This document shows positions 42,778 to 52,760 of a stretch of 64,000 bases of DNA, one piece after another; within the stretch, counting starts at the first letter, position 1; every line of letters starts with the position of its first letter. Made by a program: the position numbers and the translations under genes. The DNA comes from Desulfurococcales archaeon (GTDB taxonomy: Archaea; Thermoproteota; Thermoprotei_A; Sulfolobales; Desulfurococcaceae), in NCBI GenBank assembly GCA_027022365.1, contig JALVYU010000026.1:32001-96000 (forward strand), read 5' to 3'. The notes under the pieces are model-generated. The model saw nothing but the letters and a program-made list of their open reading frames with translations, did no database searches and was not told the origin of the DNA.

Positions 42778-43632
42778 GTGGTGTATATAGGGATGCACCT
42801 CGTTATAATGACTGATCTCGACGGATGCGTCCTTGATCCCAAGACATACAAGTATGATAAAGCACTTTCCCTGATACAAAGACTAAGAGAACAAGGCATA
42901 GAAATAATCTTTAACTCTTCAAAGACAAAAGCGGAACAGTTGCTCTACATGGATAGGCTAGGGCTAAAAAATATAGTTTTCATAGTTGAAAATGGTGCGG
43001 CGATCTATATCCCGAAAAAGAAAGGCAGCCTACATATTGTTAATAACACTATATGCAGGGATCACGGGGATTACTACGCTTGTGTTCTCGGTAAAAAGGT
43101 TGATGAGATAAAGAACATGATAAGTGACATTATAGAGAAGTACAGGGATCACATAATATGGATGGATGAGATCACACCAAGGCTATTTAGTGAGCTAACA
43201 GGCCTACCAGAGGACGAGGCCGTGCTCGCACTCAAGCGGGAATACAGCTATCTATTTATACCAAAGACGAAAAACAGGGCAATCATTGATGAAGTGCTAG
43301 AGAAAATAAGAAGGAGAGGTCTAAATATCCAAGTAGGCGGCGTCGGGATTAGCCAGATCAATGGAGACCATGATAAGGGCAAAGCTCTTCTCCTTCTAAG
43401 AGACATTGTGAAAGACTATAGGAATGCACACATAATAGCGGTAGGCGATGCTATGAACGATGCCCCAATGCTCAAGGCGGCAGATACAGGTGTGTTATTA
43501 GGAGTTAATCTTGACGTGATTAAAGCTACTAGACGTGACGATCTGATTGTGGTGAGAAACAAGGGTTCTCTAGCGTGGAGAAACATATTGGCAAGACTAA
43601 CAGGAAACTACGACTTAGTCGTTAGAGGATGA
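42778..43632 (+). CDS. mpgP: mannosyl-3-phosphoglycerate phosphatase (HAD IIB)
   Basis: DLDG, SSKT, ENG, REYS, DKG, GD..ND; adjacent to mpgS. Confidence 0.88.
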   Translation: MVYIGMHLVIMTDLDGCVLDPKTYKYDKALSLIQRLREQGIEIIFNSSKTKAEQLLYMDRLGLKNIVFIVENGAAIYIPKKKGSLHIVNNTICRDHGDYYACVLGKKVDEIKNMISDIIEKYRDHIIWMDEITPRLFSELTGLPEDEAVLALKREYSYLFIPKTKNRAIIDEVLEKIRRRGLNIQVGGVGISQINGDHDKGKALLLLRDIVKDYRNAHIIAVGDAMNDAPMLKAADTGVLLGVNLDVIKATRRDDLIVVRNKGSLAWRNILARLTGNYDLVVRG

Positions 43633-43636
43633 TGTT

Positions 43637-44801
43637 TTGGATGTAGCCCACACAGTATTGGCACTACTATTCGTTCTAGGTTTCCTTCTAGCCCTACTTG
43701 TTAGAAAGGCAAACCTATCAGGTGCAATCGGCTACCTCCTAGCAGGCCTCATAATAGGCTTAATGCTTCCAATTCCCGGAAAACTGATGTCTATGTTCGA
43801 AATATTATCCGAAGTCAGCATAATCCTCCTCTTCTTCGAGATCGGCTTTGAGATTCATATTGAGAATATAAAGGATATTATAAGACATCCCCTCTACATA
43901 TCACTTGTCGAGCTATTGCTTGCAAACGCTTTCACAATACTAATACTGTATCCCCTCGGAATACCGGTTTCACAAATAGTCATAATAGGTCTCATAGCTT
44001 CCTTCTCCAGCACAGTATTCACATATAAATTGTTAGAGGAACATAATCCATCACCTACTGTTATCAAGACTGTGCTAATGGTTGCCGCCGTTGAAGATAT
44101 AATCATAGTAATATCTCTTAACTTCATCAAAGGATTCGCCGACGGCATAATGTTAATCGTAGTTAAGACTCTCTTGTTCCTCCTCGCGGGAAGTATCGCT
44201 AGTTATTTATTCTCAAAATATGTCCTCTCAAGACTCATCTCCCATGACGAGCGTGGCCTGATACTGATGATATCTTATGGTTTATTCATGGGTGTTGTTG
44301 CAGACTACTTCGATCTAACACCCGCCCTCGGTGCATTCATAGGAGGATTATCGATATCTGCTGTCGAGCACAGCAAGCCCGTTATGAAGATGTTTAAGCC
44401 TGTAAGAGCTGTTTTCATAACAATTTTCCTATTATCTATGGGTGTGAACATCGCATTACTGCCGATTAGTTTTGAAATCCTCCTCGTCGGGATGACCATC
44501 GGTGCCGCTGTAGCGTTCATACATTGTTTCTCAACACTCCTTTCATGCATACTCGTCGGAAAAGGAAGCAAAAGAGAAAGAGTTGAGACAGGCAGCTATT
44601 TATCAACGGTTAGCGAGCTAGCATTAGTAATAGCATATTTCTCAATATATTTACGGCAGGCCTGACAGGATTGTATTCGTCGTGGCGTCAACCGCGATAA
44701 TAACTGGTTCGATCATTGCTTCTTATCTAGTAGAAAATTCTGGTGAGATAGAAAAAGGCTTTGGCAAGTTATGTAATACGATAAGGAGGCTCATAAGCTA
44801 A
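43637..44801 (+). pseudogene. CPA2 cation/proton antiporter with frameshift near 44650
   Basis: GYLLAG, LFFEIG, FSST, ED, LGAF, SELA motifs; final TM helix continues in another frame to TAA 44801. Confidence 0.7.
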
Positions 44802-44802
44802 T

Positions 44803-45363
44803 CTAGAACTTTACATATTTTTCGCCGGGACTACCACAGATGGGGCATTTCTCTGGGGGTTCCGAGCCTATATAGGTGTGGCCGCAAACCGGGCACACCC
44901 AAATATATCCATCTATAGGCATGTCTTGTCCTTTCTCAAGGTATTCCAATGCTTTCTTGTATAGCTCACCATGTATTTTCTCTGCCTCAAGCGCCCACTT
45001 GAAGCTCTGGAGAGCTTGTCTATCGCCTTGTAGTTCCGCGATCTTTATATAGGCTGGATACATTTCCTCTACTTCGAAGTTCTCGCCACGTATTGCCTGG
45101 CCAAGGTTCTTCCTGGTGTCACCGGGTCCGAATGCCGAGCCAGCAACTACTTTGAAGTCAGCGTCTAGTCCGCTTAATCGTCTGGAATGATTTCTAGCAT
45201 GTACATACTCGGCGTAAGCAATTGCTCTGAAGAGCCTAGCTATGTTCTTATATCTTTCACGCTCGGCTATTTCGGCATAGATGAGATAACGCATATGAGC
45301 CATAGATTCTCCGCCGAAGGCAGACATTAGAGCATCCCGAGTCATAGGACGGGGAGCATTCAT
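44803..45363 (-). CDS. rbr: rubrerythrin
   Basis: AFGGES, E..H twice, C-terminal CPVCG...CPICG. Confidence 0.92.
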   Translation of the reverse strand: MNAPRPMTRDALMSAFGGESMAHMRYLIYAEIAERERYKNIARLFRAIAYAEYVHARNHSRRLSGLDADFKVVAGSAFGPGDTRKNLGQAIRGENFEVEEMYPAYIKIAELQGDRQALQSFKWALEAEKIHGELYKKALEYLEKGQDMPIDGYIWVCPVCGHTYIGSEPPEKCPICGSPGEKYVKF

Positions 45364-45445
45364 GCTAACACCGACTTCATAATATGTTTAAAAAGACTAA
45401 AAGGGGTTTTCAGCCCTCACACGGCTTCGAGAAACTGTTTCGGAG

Positions 45446-45485
45446 CCCTCCCCCATCTATAAGATCATGTTTTTATGGGGGAGGG
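45446..45485. repeat. 11-bp inverted repeat at element junction
   Basis: CCCTCCCCCAT (45446-45456) N18 ATGGGGGAGGG (45475-45485). Confidence 0.7.
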
Positions 45486-46623
45486 GCAAGGGATGGTTCA
45501 GCTCCACTATGATATGAATAGTATAAAGGTATTAATAGAAAATGGTTGCAAAGAGTTAGGACCCATTTACTGCCGTGTTCTTGAGGATTTATTTTACGAC
45601 TATATGGGTGATACCAGAGTTTCAAGCCTCTCAACCATAAGGGTGGGGCTTGATAAGGCGTGGGTATTCCTCAGATGGCTCAAGGAGAGAGGTGTGAAGC
45701 CAGATAATATAGATGATAGGATCCTTAAGCGCTTCCTAGTAGAGATCAAGATGACGCGGAAACCAGGAACAGTTTTCAGCTACGTAAAAGCCCTGAAAAG
45801 AATGCTGAGAGTACTGGGCAAAGAAGAATTAGCAAACAAGCTAAAGTATCCCAAACAACCCGAAAAGGTTCCAGATCTCCCAAGCCCCGAACTAGTAGAA
45901 AAGATCATATCAGAGCTGAGGGATCCCTTCAAAACCATAGTAGCAATAATCTACGAGACAGGGGCCCGGGTCTCCGAAATACTAAGCCTAAAATACAAGC
46001 ACATCAAAGAGACACCTCAGGGATACTACAAGATCATAATTGAAGAACCAAAAAACAAGGAGTCAAGAACAATATACGTGATAAAATACGCAATGCTTCT
46101 AAGAAACTACTTACTACTACACCCAGGAAAACCAGACGAAATAGTCTTCAAATCACCAGTACACCCGGAGAAACCCCTAAAGCCGAGAAACGTCGAGCTA
46201 GCCCTCAGAAGGGCATCAAGAAAACACAACACACGGATCTACCCACACCTCCTACGACACCTTAGAGCAACCCTCCTAATCAAACAAGGCATGCCGGAGC
46301 GAATAACAATGAAGCTACTAGGCCACAAAACCGAGAAAATGATGAAAATATACGTAAACCTGGTTCAGAAAGACATTGAAGAAGCAGTACTAAAACACTA
46401 CGGAATACAGCCTCAAGCCCAGAACAACGGAAAAGAAGCAACTAAATGCCCAAGATGCGGAGCAACCAACCCCAAGGAAGCAAACTACTGCTGGAGATGT
46501 GCCTACCCACTACACCAACAAGCCGCATTACAATTAGAAATAAAAGAAAAAGACCTGGAAGAAAGACTAAGGAAATTGTTGGAAATTATAAAGAAACATC
46601 CAGAAATTCTCAAAGAGCTATAA
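45475..46623 (+). CDS. int: tyrosine recombinase/integrase with C-terminal zinc ribbon
   Basis: TGARVSE (R), K, HLLRH, LLGH, IY catalytic set; CPRC...CWRC tail; start may be 45493. Confidence 0.92.
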   Translation: MGEGQGMVQLHYDMNSIKVLIENGCKELGPIYCRVLEDLFYDYMGDTRVSSLSTIRVGLDKAWVFLRWLKERGVKPDNIDDRILKRFLVEIKMTRKPGTVFSYVKALKRMLRVLGKEELANKLKYPKQPEKVPDLPSPELVEKIISELRDPFKTIVAIIYETGARVSEILSLKYKHIKETPQGYYKIIIEEPKNKESRTIYVIKYAMLLRNYLLLHPGKPDEIVFKSPVHPEKPLKPRNVELALRRASRKHNTRIYPHLLRHLRATLLIKQGMPERITMKLLGHKTEKMMKIYVNLVQKDIEEAVLKHYGIQPQAQNNGKEATKCPRCGATNPKEANYCWRCAYPLHQQAALQLEIKEKDLEERLRKLLEIIKKHPEILKEL

Positions 46624-46666
46624 AGTCTATTCTAGAATTTTAGTGTATTTGTAAAGATTAATTTAA

Positions 46667-47719
46667 TTAGTTACTAGTATTTTTCATTTCTATAATTTGC
46701 TTTAATATTTTGTACGTTTTTTCCCAAGAACATGAGTTTCCTAATCCCTCGACATCCTTAATAATTTTATATAGTGCTTGTCTATCTATACATTTATTAA
46801 ATATTACATCTTGCATATCTGTAATGTAATCCCTTATAGTTAAATAAGCCATCCATCCGCAGATTTCTGTGAAGTATTTTAAGTATCTAAATAGTTCTTC
46901 AGGAACAGGTTCTAACTCTAACCAGTCTCTATCCGTTATGATTCTTTTTCCAACTTCGGAGAAAATTGGATGGATACGGTGTACGTATCTGGATAATTCG
47001 ACGTAAAGATTATTTATTTTCCCAAGAATATCCCCATCTATAATGTTCCATTCCTTCAATTGGACCAAGAGTTTAGTGAATTTACTTTCTGGATTAAAAT
47101 CTTTTAATTCATTGTCTATGATGTCAAAAACTTGTATAGAAGTATCCAATCGTTTATCTGCTAGCTCGCTAAGTACTTTAACTAAATCGTTAAATCCTTT
47201 TGAATCACCAAATCCTTTTATTTTTTCAATTTCTTTTGCATTATTACGATATTTTGGTATAGTAATTAGATCAAATATTATGCCTCTAACTATATCTTCT
47301 AAGACACTTCTTAGTTCTACATAAGCTACTGTATAGTAACCCATGAGGGCTGAAATTAATGAATGCTCAAGCAAAATTAATGCATCATAATGGTGAACCA
47401 TGTATGCTGAATGTAAATTCCAGAATTGTGTATGTAAAGATTCCTCACACAAACTCTTTGAGGGAAGCAGATTTATGACGATATTTCTAGATACTATAAA
47501 TGCATTCTGTGCTGTGCTAAGAGCTTCAACAGCATCATATGTTGTAGAAGGTTCTGGCAAGTTGCTAAGATTCTCGGCTATTTTCTCTATATATTTTCCT
47601 ACCTTCTTTATTATGTAGAGTATAAAATCTATAGATATAGCAGCCTTTTTAAACACTTCAGTGTTCTTCGGATCTTCTTGATGATTATGCAGTTTTTGAG
47701 AATCACTTATTTTAGACAA
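46667..47719 (-). CDS. AT-rich helical protein, HEPN-like
   Basis: A...LRSVLE and LY..LSRYVH motifs. Confidence 0.5.
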   Translation of the reverse strand: MSKISDSQKLHNHQEDPKNTEVFKKAAISIDFILYIIKKVGKYIEKIAENLSNLPEPSTTYDAVEALSTAQNAFIVSRNIVINLLPSKSLCEESLHTQFWNLHSAYMVHHYDALILLEHSLISALMGYYTVAYVELRSVLEDIVRGIIFDLITIPKYRNNAKEIEKIKGFGDSKGFNDLVKVLSELADKRLDTSIQVFDIIDNELKDFNPESKFTKLLVQLKEWNIIDGDILGKINNLYVELSRYVHRIHPIFSEVGKRIITDRDWLELEPVPEELFRYLKYFTEICGWMAYLTIRDYITDMQDVIFNKCIDRQALYKIIKDVEGLGNSCSWEKTYKILKQIIEMKNTSN

Positions 47720-47884
47720 GATGTACTAATCCCCAATTATATGCTATTATTTATTAAGTTTATGAAAATTTACTTATGTCGGCAATTAAACTCTCAGAAG
47801 CTTCACTTAAATTTGACGAATATTCTAGAAAGCTCTAATGATATAGAATAGAGAGGGATTTGCTGTTTCTAATAAAACTAATAG

Positions 47885-48496
47885 TTATGTTTTGTTTCTT
47901 TTATTTTCTTTCAGTCTTCTCAATAATGTTGAATATGATATATTGAGTAGTCTTGCACAGTCTCTTAGGCTAAGTCCTTTCCTGCGGTATTCTCGGAATT
48001 TCTTCCAGTCGATTTCTTTTCTCGGTCTGCCAATGTGTTTGCCCTGCATCTTCGCCCTCAGCATTCCTTCTCTGGTTCTTTGTCTTAGGAGTTCTCTTTC
48101 CCTCTCCGCGGCCCAAACCAGTACTGCTATGACTAGCTTTCTCACTTGTGGGTCTAGGTTTTGGAGGAACTTCTCCTTATCGCTGACAGTAATAACGGGG
48201 GAGTTCAGCTCCTCTAGCTCCTGGATGGCCCTGAGGGTTTCGTAGAATGTCCTCCCCAATCTGCTCAGCTCATATACTAGGACTGGCCTAGGCTTCTTCC
48301 GTGCATGCTCGATAAGCTCCTTGAAACCCTTCCTCTCCCAGGGAGGAACAGCCCCGCTAACACCAACGTCTTCAAACCACTCTACCACCTTGTAGCCGTT
48401 GGCATCAGCCCACCTCAGTATAGCCAGCCTCTGATTCTCAGGATGCTCCTCCCTCAAACTAACCCTAATATACGCATAGGCCTCGCTCGGCTCCAA
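47885..48496 (-). CDS. serine recombinase (resolvase/invertase) with C-terminal HTH
   Basis: YIRVS catalytic Ser, Q, D.GVSG, SRLGR, ERE...R, GRP, HTH. Confidence 0.92.
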   Translation of the reverse strand: MEPSEAYAYIRVSLREEHPENQRLAILRWADANGYKVVEWFEDVGVSGAVPPWERKGFKELIEHARKKPRPVLVYELSRLGRTFYETLRAIQELEELNSPVITVSDKEKFLQNLDPQVRKLVIAVLVWAAERERELLRQRTREGMLRAKMQGKHIGRPRKEIDWKKFREYRRKGLSLRDCARLLNISYSTLLRRLKENKRNKT

Positions 48497-48510
48497 AACC
48501 CATATCCCCT

Positions 48511-48556
48511 TTTTTACAATAATCTATTGTAAAAACCTAGGCTTTTAAAACTAGGT
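48511..48556. promoter_or_regulatory. two adjacent palindromes upstream of resolvase (res-like site)
   Basis: TTTTTACAATA-ATC-TATTGTAAAAA and ACCTAG-GCTTTTAAAA-CTAGGT. Confidence 0.5.
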
Positions 48557-48731
48557 GCAGAAGGGCCCCCTTTCGAAGCCGAAACGATCATACACTATAT
48601 AAATGAAAAATCTTCTTTGAAAATTCTAAAGAAGTATTATTTACTTGTTTAAATTGCTAGGAATATTTAATTTCTAGTTTTAAAGCTGGATAAATTAATA
48701 TCTTTAATGAAGCTGGCAAAATAAGGGATAT

Positions 48732-49467
48732 GTGATGCTGAGGAAAGCTATCTCGTTTGAAGACCGAGAGGCTATGGTTCTTCTTATCGCTGGTATAATC
48801 TTTATTCTGTTGGTGGGAATAAACTCTGTACTATATTATTATGGCAAGCTAGATGAGCTTTTTGTACATATTTCATTAATGGCTGTATATATTTTCACTG
48901 CGCTAGCGGTTCTATACCAGGCACTCTATACAAAAAGAATGGTTATAGAATCTAAGAGGGTACAAGCATGGCAGATAATAAGTAGTCATCTTTATCATCA
49001 TATAGCTGCATCAATCATGACCTTTAAGCTTGTAGCTAGAGATCTGGATAAATTATCTTCTAAGAAACATGCCGACTGGGAAACTATCAAAAAACTTTTC
49101 AGAACCCCTTTCGTAACCCATAATGCACCCTATATAATACAACCATATATAAAACCTAAACCAGGATTAGGCGCTGGAAGAGGAGCAGAAATATATCGCT
49201 ACAATCCCCGCATTTAATGAAGCCATAGAAGTGCTAGTAAAAGCATGTATAGTTTTAGGCGAGAAGGTGCTCAAAAAAGAATTAGAAAAACTCCGTGAAC
49301 AAATAAAAATGTTAGTAGTCGAAGAACCTAAACCTGAAAATATAAAAAGTATATTAACAACTTTAAAGAGCCATATCAAATCATTATCGGAAAAAGCCGA
49401 AGAAATATTCCATATACCTATAACTGAGCCTTTACTCGAAAGCTTTCAACCAAATATAGACAACTAA
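48732..49467 (+). pseudogene. membrane protein gene split by a +1 frameshift at ~49170
   Basis: Removing one G from TTAGGCG joins the 161-aa and 78-aa ORFs via ALEEEQKYIATIPAFNEAIEV. Confidence 0.6.
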
Positions 49468-49901
49468 TTATCATGTATCGAGTTTAATACATTGTAAAAT
49501 AGTAGTGTTGAAACTATTGAAACTATTTTATTCTTAATATTGATCGAGAAACACTGAAATATAAAGTATTTAATCTTTCGTTTAATCTTTCGGTCCCAAA
49601 GGCCAAAATAAAATTAACAAGCATTGTATCGTTTATGAATGCGATGAATTCTAGGCCATAATAATCCATATTCCACGAGTTTGTACGACCTGCCTATAAG
49701 CTTTTTCAGGGTATTAACTAATGCTCCAAATTGTGAAATATCATTAGGTTCAAGCCTACGCTTTGCTGTATTTATTCCACTTATTACTTGTATAGAAAAC
49801 GGAAATGCAGGGATCCCTAAATATATCAGCCGTTAGAAACCGTACAAAATAGAAGTTAATAAATAAATAATTATGCTTAACGAGTATATGGTGATACAAT
49901 A

Positions 49902-50828
49902 ATGGTTTCTGAAAATTTTTCATCATTTTCATTCGATGATCCCTCATTAATTCTTTCCATAATTTCGATCATTATATCAGCAACATCAGTTGCTGTAACC
50001 TTTCTATATAATAAACGCATGTACAAGCTAGCCTACGAACAAGACCTGTTAATAAGGAAGGAAAAACACTTCAATGAACTAAAGAAATACGTGATCGAGC
50101 CCCTTTTATATGAGGATAAGCGTTCAAGCTTTAATCCATACTTCTTCATAGACATGGTAAGATATCATTATCCTGAAGTAGGCGACCAAATAAAGCAACT
50201 AGTAAAGAAGTATAAATTATATGAAAACCTTGAAGAAAACATAGTAAATACTTGTCTTGCAATAATTAATGAAAAGGGAAGAAAGGAATCAATAGAATTT
50301 TCAATTACGAAATATAAATTAAAAGAACATTTGTCATCCATTATTCGTATTTTAATACACAATGAATTACAGTATCAAAAATACATAGACATAAAGCCTC
50401 CGCTAGAATTTCCTGTAGACGCCATACAAAATAAGGACAAACATAAATTAATTCAAATAACAGTTAGATATGAACTACGCTTCCTAGGGAGTACTATATA
50501 TGTGCATGAAGACGCTGATATAGTACTGAAAGCCAAAGAGGTTTTCTTAGAGGCACTTAATGAGATGCGAAACGATAAAAAATTAAGAAAACTAGCTGAG
50601 CAATATCAAAAAATAGGCCTAGAATTACCCAGATTGAACAGTAAAGTACGTAAAGAACTCATTCGCTTGCTCGAACAACCACCCACAGCACTAAAACTAG
50701 TTAACAATGTGCTATGCCCTTATATGAAAGGACAAGAAGATAAAGAATTTAGTAGGGAGGAAAAGACTATGATAGAGAATCTTTTAAAGAATTTCCCGGG
50801 AGAAAAAAGGGGATTTATTGTAGATTAA
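49902..50828 (+). CDS. N-terminal TM anchored helical protein
   Basis: GGTGA RBS; single TM then charged helical domain. Confidence 0.7.
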   Translation: MVSENFSSFSFDDPSLILSIISIIISATSVAVTFLYNKRMYKLAYEQDLLIRKEKHFNELKKYVIEPLLYEDKRSSFNPYFFIDMVRYHYPEVGDQIKQLVKKYKLYENLEENIVNTCLAIINEKGRKESIEFSITKYKLKEHLSSIIRILIHNELQYQKYIDIKPPLEFPVDAIQNKDKHKLIQITVRYELRFLGSTIYVHEDADIVLKAKEVFLEALNEMRNDKKLRKLAEQYQKIGLELPRLNSKVRKELIRLLEQPPTALKLVNNVLCPYMKGQEDKEFSREEKTMIENLLKNFPGEKRGFIVD

Positions 50829-51020
50829 TTTATTATTAAGTATTGTTCATCACTATCCTGTATCTATAATTAATTTTTGAAAAAGACTCCCACATAAGCT
50901 AATTCCTACCAAAGTCTCCTTTGAAGCCATGAGTTAAAGCTTTAAATTCCTGACCTTATTGATGTGGTTATGAAAAGGTTTATATGGTATGACAAGAATA
51001 CTTTCATCCTAGGTGATAGT

Positions 51021-51326
51021 ATGACCATCGTTAAGAAGACTGTGGCGCTTCATCCTTTAGTTGATAGGGCTGTTAGAAGGCTATGGGCTAGACTGATTGA
51101 GGCTGGACTAGATGCTTCCTATTCTACGGCATTAAACTTATTGGTCATGCTTTCACTTTGCTCCGAGAACCTGGAGGACATAGGACTTGATAAAAAACAA
51201 TGTATGGGCCTCATGCTAGACATACTATTCAGAAACCGTGAAGACATAGAATTCAGCGAACACATGGTCAGAGCAGAAGAAATACTCACGAAGAAGATCA
51301 TACAGTATTTGACAAGAAAACAGTAA
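51021..51326 (+). CDS. small RHH-like DNA-binding protein
   Basis: KKTVALHP..D..VR...SYSTALN; GGTGA RBS before ATG 51021. Confidence 0.55.
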   Translation: MTIVKKTVALHPLVDRAVRRLWARLIEAGLDASYSTALNLLVMLSLCSENLEDIGLDKKQCMGLMLDILFRNREDIEFSEHMVRAEEILTKKIIQYLTRKQ

Positions 51327-51329
51327 AAC

Positions 51330-51425
51330 AGGCCGGGGGGATGATGAGCGCTCGGCGGTTTTACCCTCCAGCCCCACATGGAGGGGATAAAGAGCTTTTA
51401 AGGCGCTGACCCATACCCCCGGCCT
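51330..51425. ncRNA. structured RNA candidate with C and D boxes
   Basis: 10-bp terminal stem AGGCCGGGGG/CCCCCGGCCT, ATGATGA at 51341, CTGA at 51406, inner CCCTCCA/TGGAGGG hairpin. Confidence 0.5.
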
Positions 51426-51539
51426 CCAATATACTACTATTTTTCAAAGCCTTATATAAAGATATGAATTCAGGAATTTCCGGAGGCCCTACTCCATGAT
51501 CGAGATGAGCATCGAGATTGAAGGTAAGAGAGTTTATTT

Positions 51540-51881
51540 CTATCCTTTACTCTCGCGGAATGGCCTCAATGATTTTGTCTCATTAATTACTAGCACGGGC
51601 TTTAATACCGTGGTCGCTGGGTTTACACATAGTGTTATAGAGCTTGAGAATATGTTAGTAGATAATATCTCTACTATGAATGAAATCGGGTTTTCTATAT
51701 CATGAACAGTAAGAGCCAGGGCCTCACTCAGCCGGCAACCAGTATACACTAAGATCGATACAAGCGCTAGATCGCGTATACCGTATTGCCCCCGCTTATA
51801 AGCTCTATACGCTCTCTTCAAAGCATCAACCAAAGCCTCAAACCGGGGAACATCATCAAGCTTTAGTTTAGGACCACTCAA
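51540..51881 (-). pseudogene. truncated tyrosine recombinase
   Basis: RDLALVSILVYTGCRLSEALALTVHDI (box I) followed by unrelated sequence; no HxxR/Y. Confidence 0.75.
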
Positions 51882-52085
51882 ACATTTCCACCTACTAATA
51901 TTATGATTTAAAAAACGGAAATTAAACTTCGGGATCTAATAACGTCCCATTTCCGAAAAGTATTGAAAACGGAAATAAATTCACTTATTGAATATCGATT
52001 CCTCTATGTGTTCAGAGTTAGGTTTATTGATATTCAAGTATAAATACAATGTATACTTAGAAGGTGAAAAATACCCAAGATCACC

Positions 52086-52481
52086 ATGAGTGTTTCCCAA
52101 GAAATACTAGCCAGACTGGGAATAGACCGTAGAAGAGCAGCTTCTCTCCCCAAAGAACAAATACTAAAACTCAGCAAAACCGTTGAAAGAACCACCTATA
52201 ACGAGAAAGTTCTCATAAAACTATCCCAGAAGCTCTATAATGAGCTCTCAACACCCTTAGATAAAGCAATAAAGGATGAAACAGAGAAGCTCACAATAAT
52301 AGATCTTATCCGCACAATATCAAATCTAGACATTCTCTACGAACTAATCAAAGGAGAAGCAAACACACCAATAGAGGACAAGATCCTAAAATACATAGGA
52401 CTTGAAATAGAACTACTAAAAACTACCCTAGAAAAAAGATACGAGCTATTCAAAAACTCGAACGCGCCAAAGGAGAAATAA
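52086..52481 (+). CDS. hypothetical helical protein
   Basis: 131-aa ORF with A/C-rich element-type codon usage. Confidence 0.6.
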   Translation: MSVSQEILARLGIDRRRAASLPKEQILKLSKTVERTTYNEKVLIKLSQKLYNELSTPLDKAIKDETEKLTIIDLIRTISNLDILYELIKGEANTPIEDKILKYIGLEIELLKTTLEKRYELFKNSNAPKEK

Positions 52482-52537
52482 GGTTACGTAGAGTCGAAAA
52501 CATTCTCTTATCTATAGAAAAATCTATCGAACATGAA

Positions 52538-52732
52538 ATGCTAACAGATATACTAAAAACCTCTATACATCTCCTAGCCTATGTAACAGGCCTAATACAA
52601 TCAGTAGACATAATAGGAAAGAATCTAAGAGAAGCAAACAAAGAATTATCACAAATGCTAGGCAACCTCCTAAACATATTAGAAGAAATAAATCCTCAGA
52701 AAAGGAACCGATCCTCAGAAATGTATGTATAA
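52538..52732 (+). CDS. hypothetical small protein
   Basis: 64-aa ORF. Confidence 0.4.
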   Translation: MLTDILKTSIHLLAYVTGLIQSVDIIGKNLREANKELSQMLGNLLNILEEINPQKRNRSSEMYV

Positions 52733-52760
52733 AATTATTCAAAAGGTCAAGGTATCATAA

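Noticed and set aside
45403-45420. GGG-CTGAAAA-CCC on the minus strand resembling a tRNA-Phe anticodon arm
   Set aside because: Only three good pairs, and no D- or T-arm around it.
49508-49592. Short tandem duplications (TTGAAACTA x2, TTTAATCTTTCG x2)
   Set aside because: Two-copy slippage duplications in AT-rich, probably decaying DNA; no spacers.
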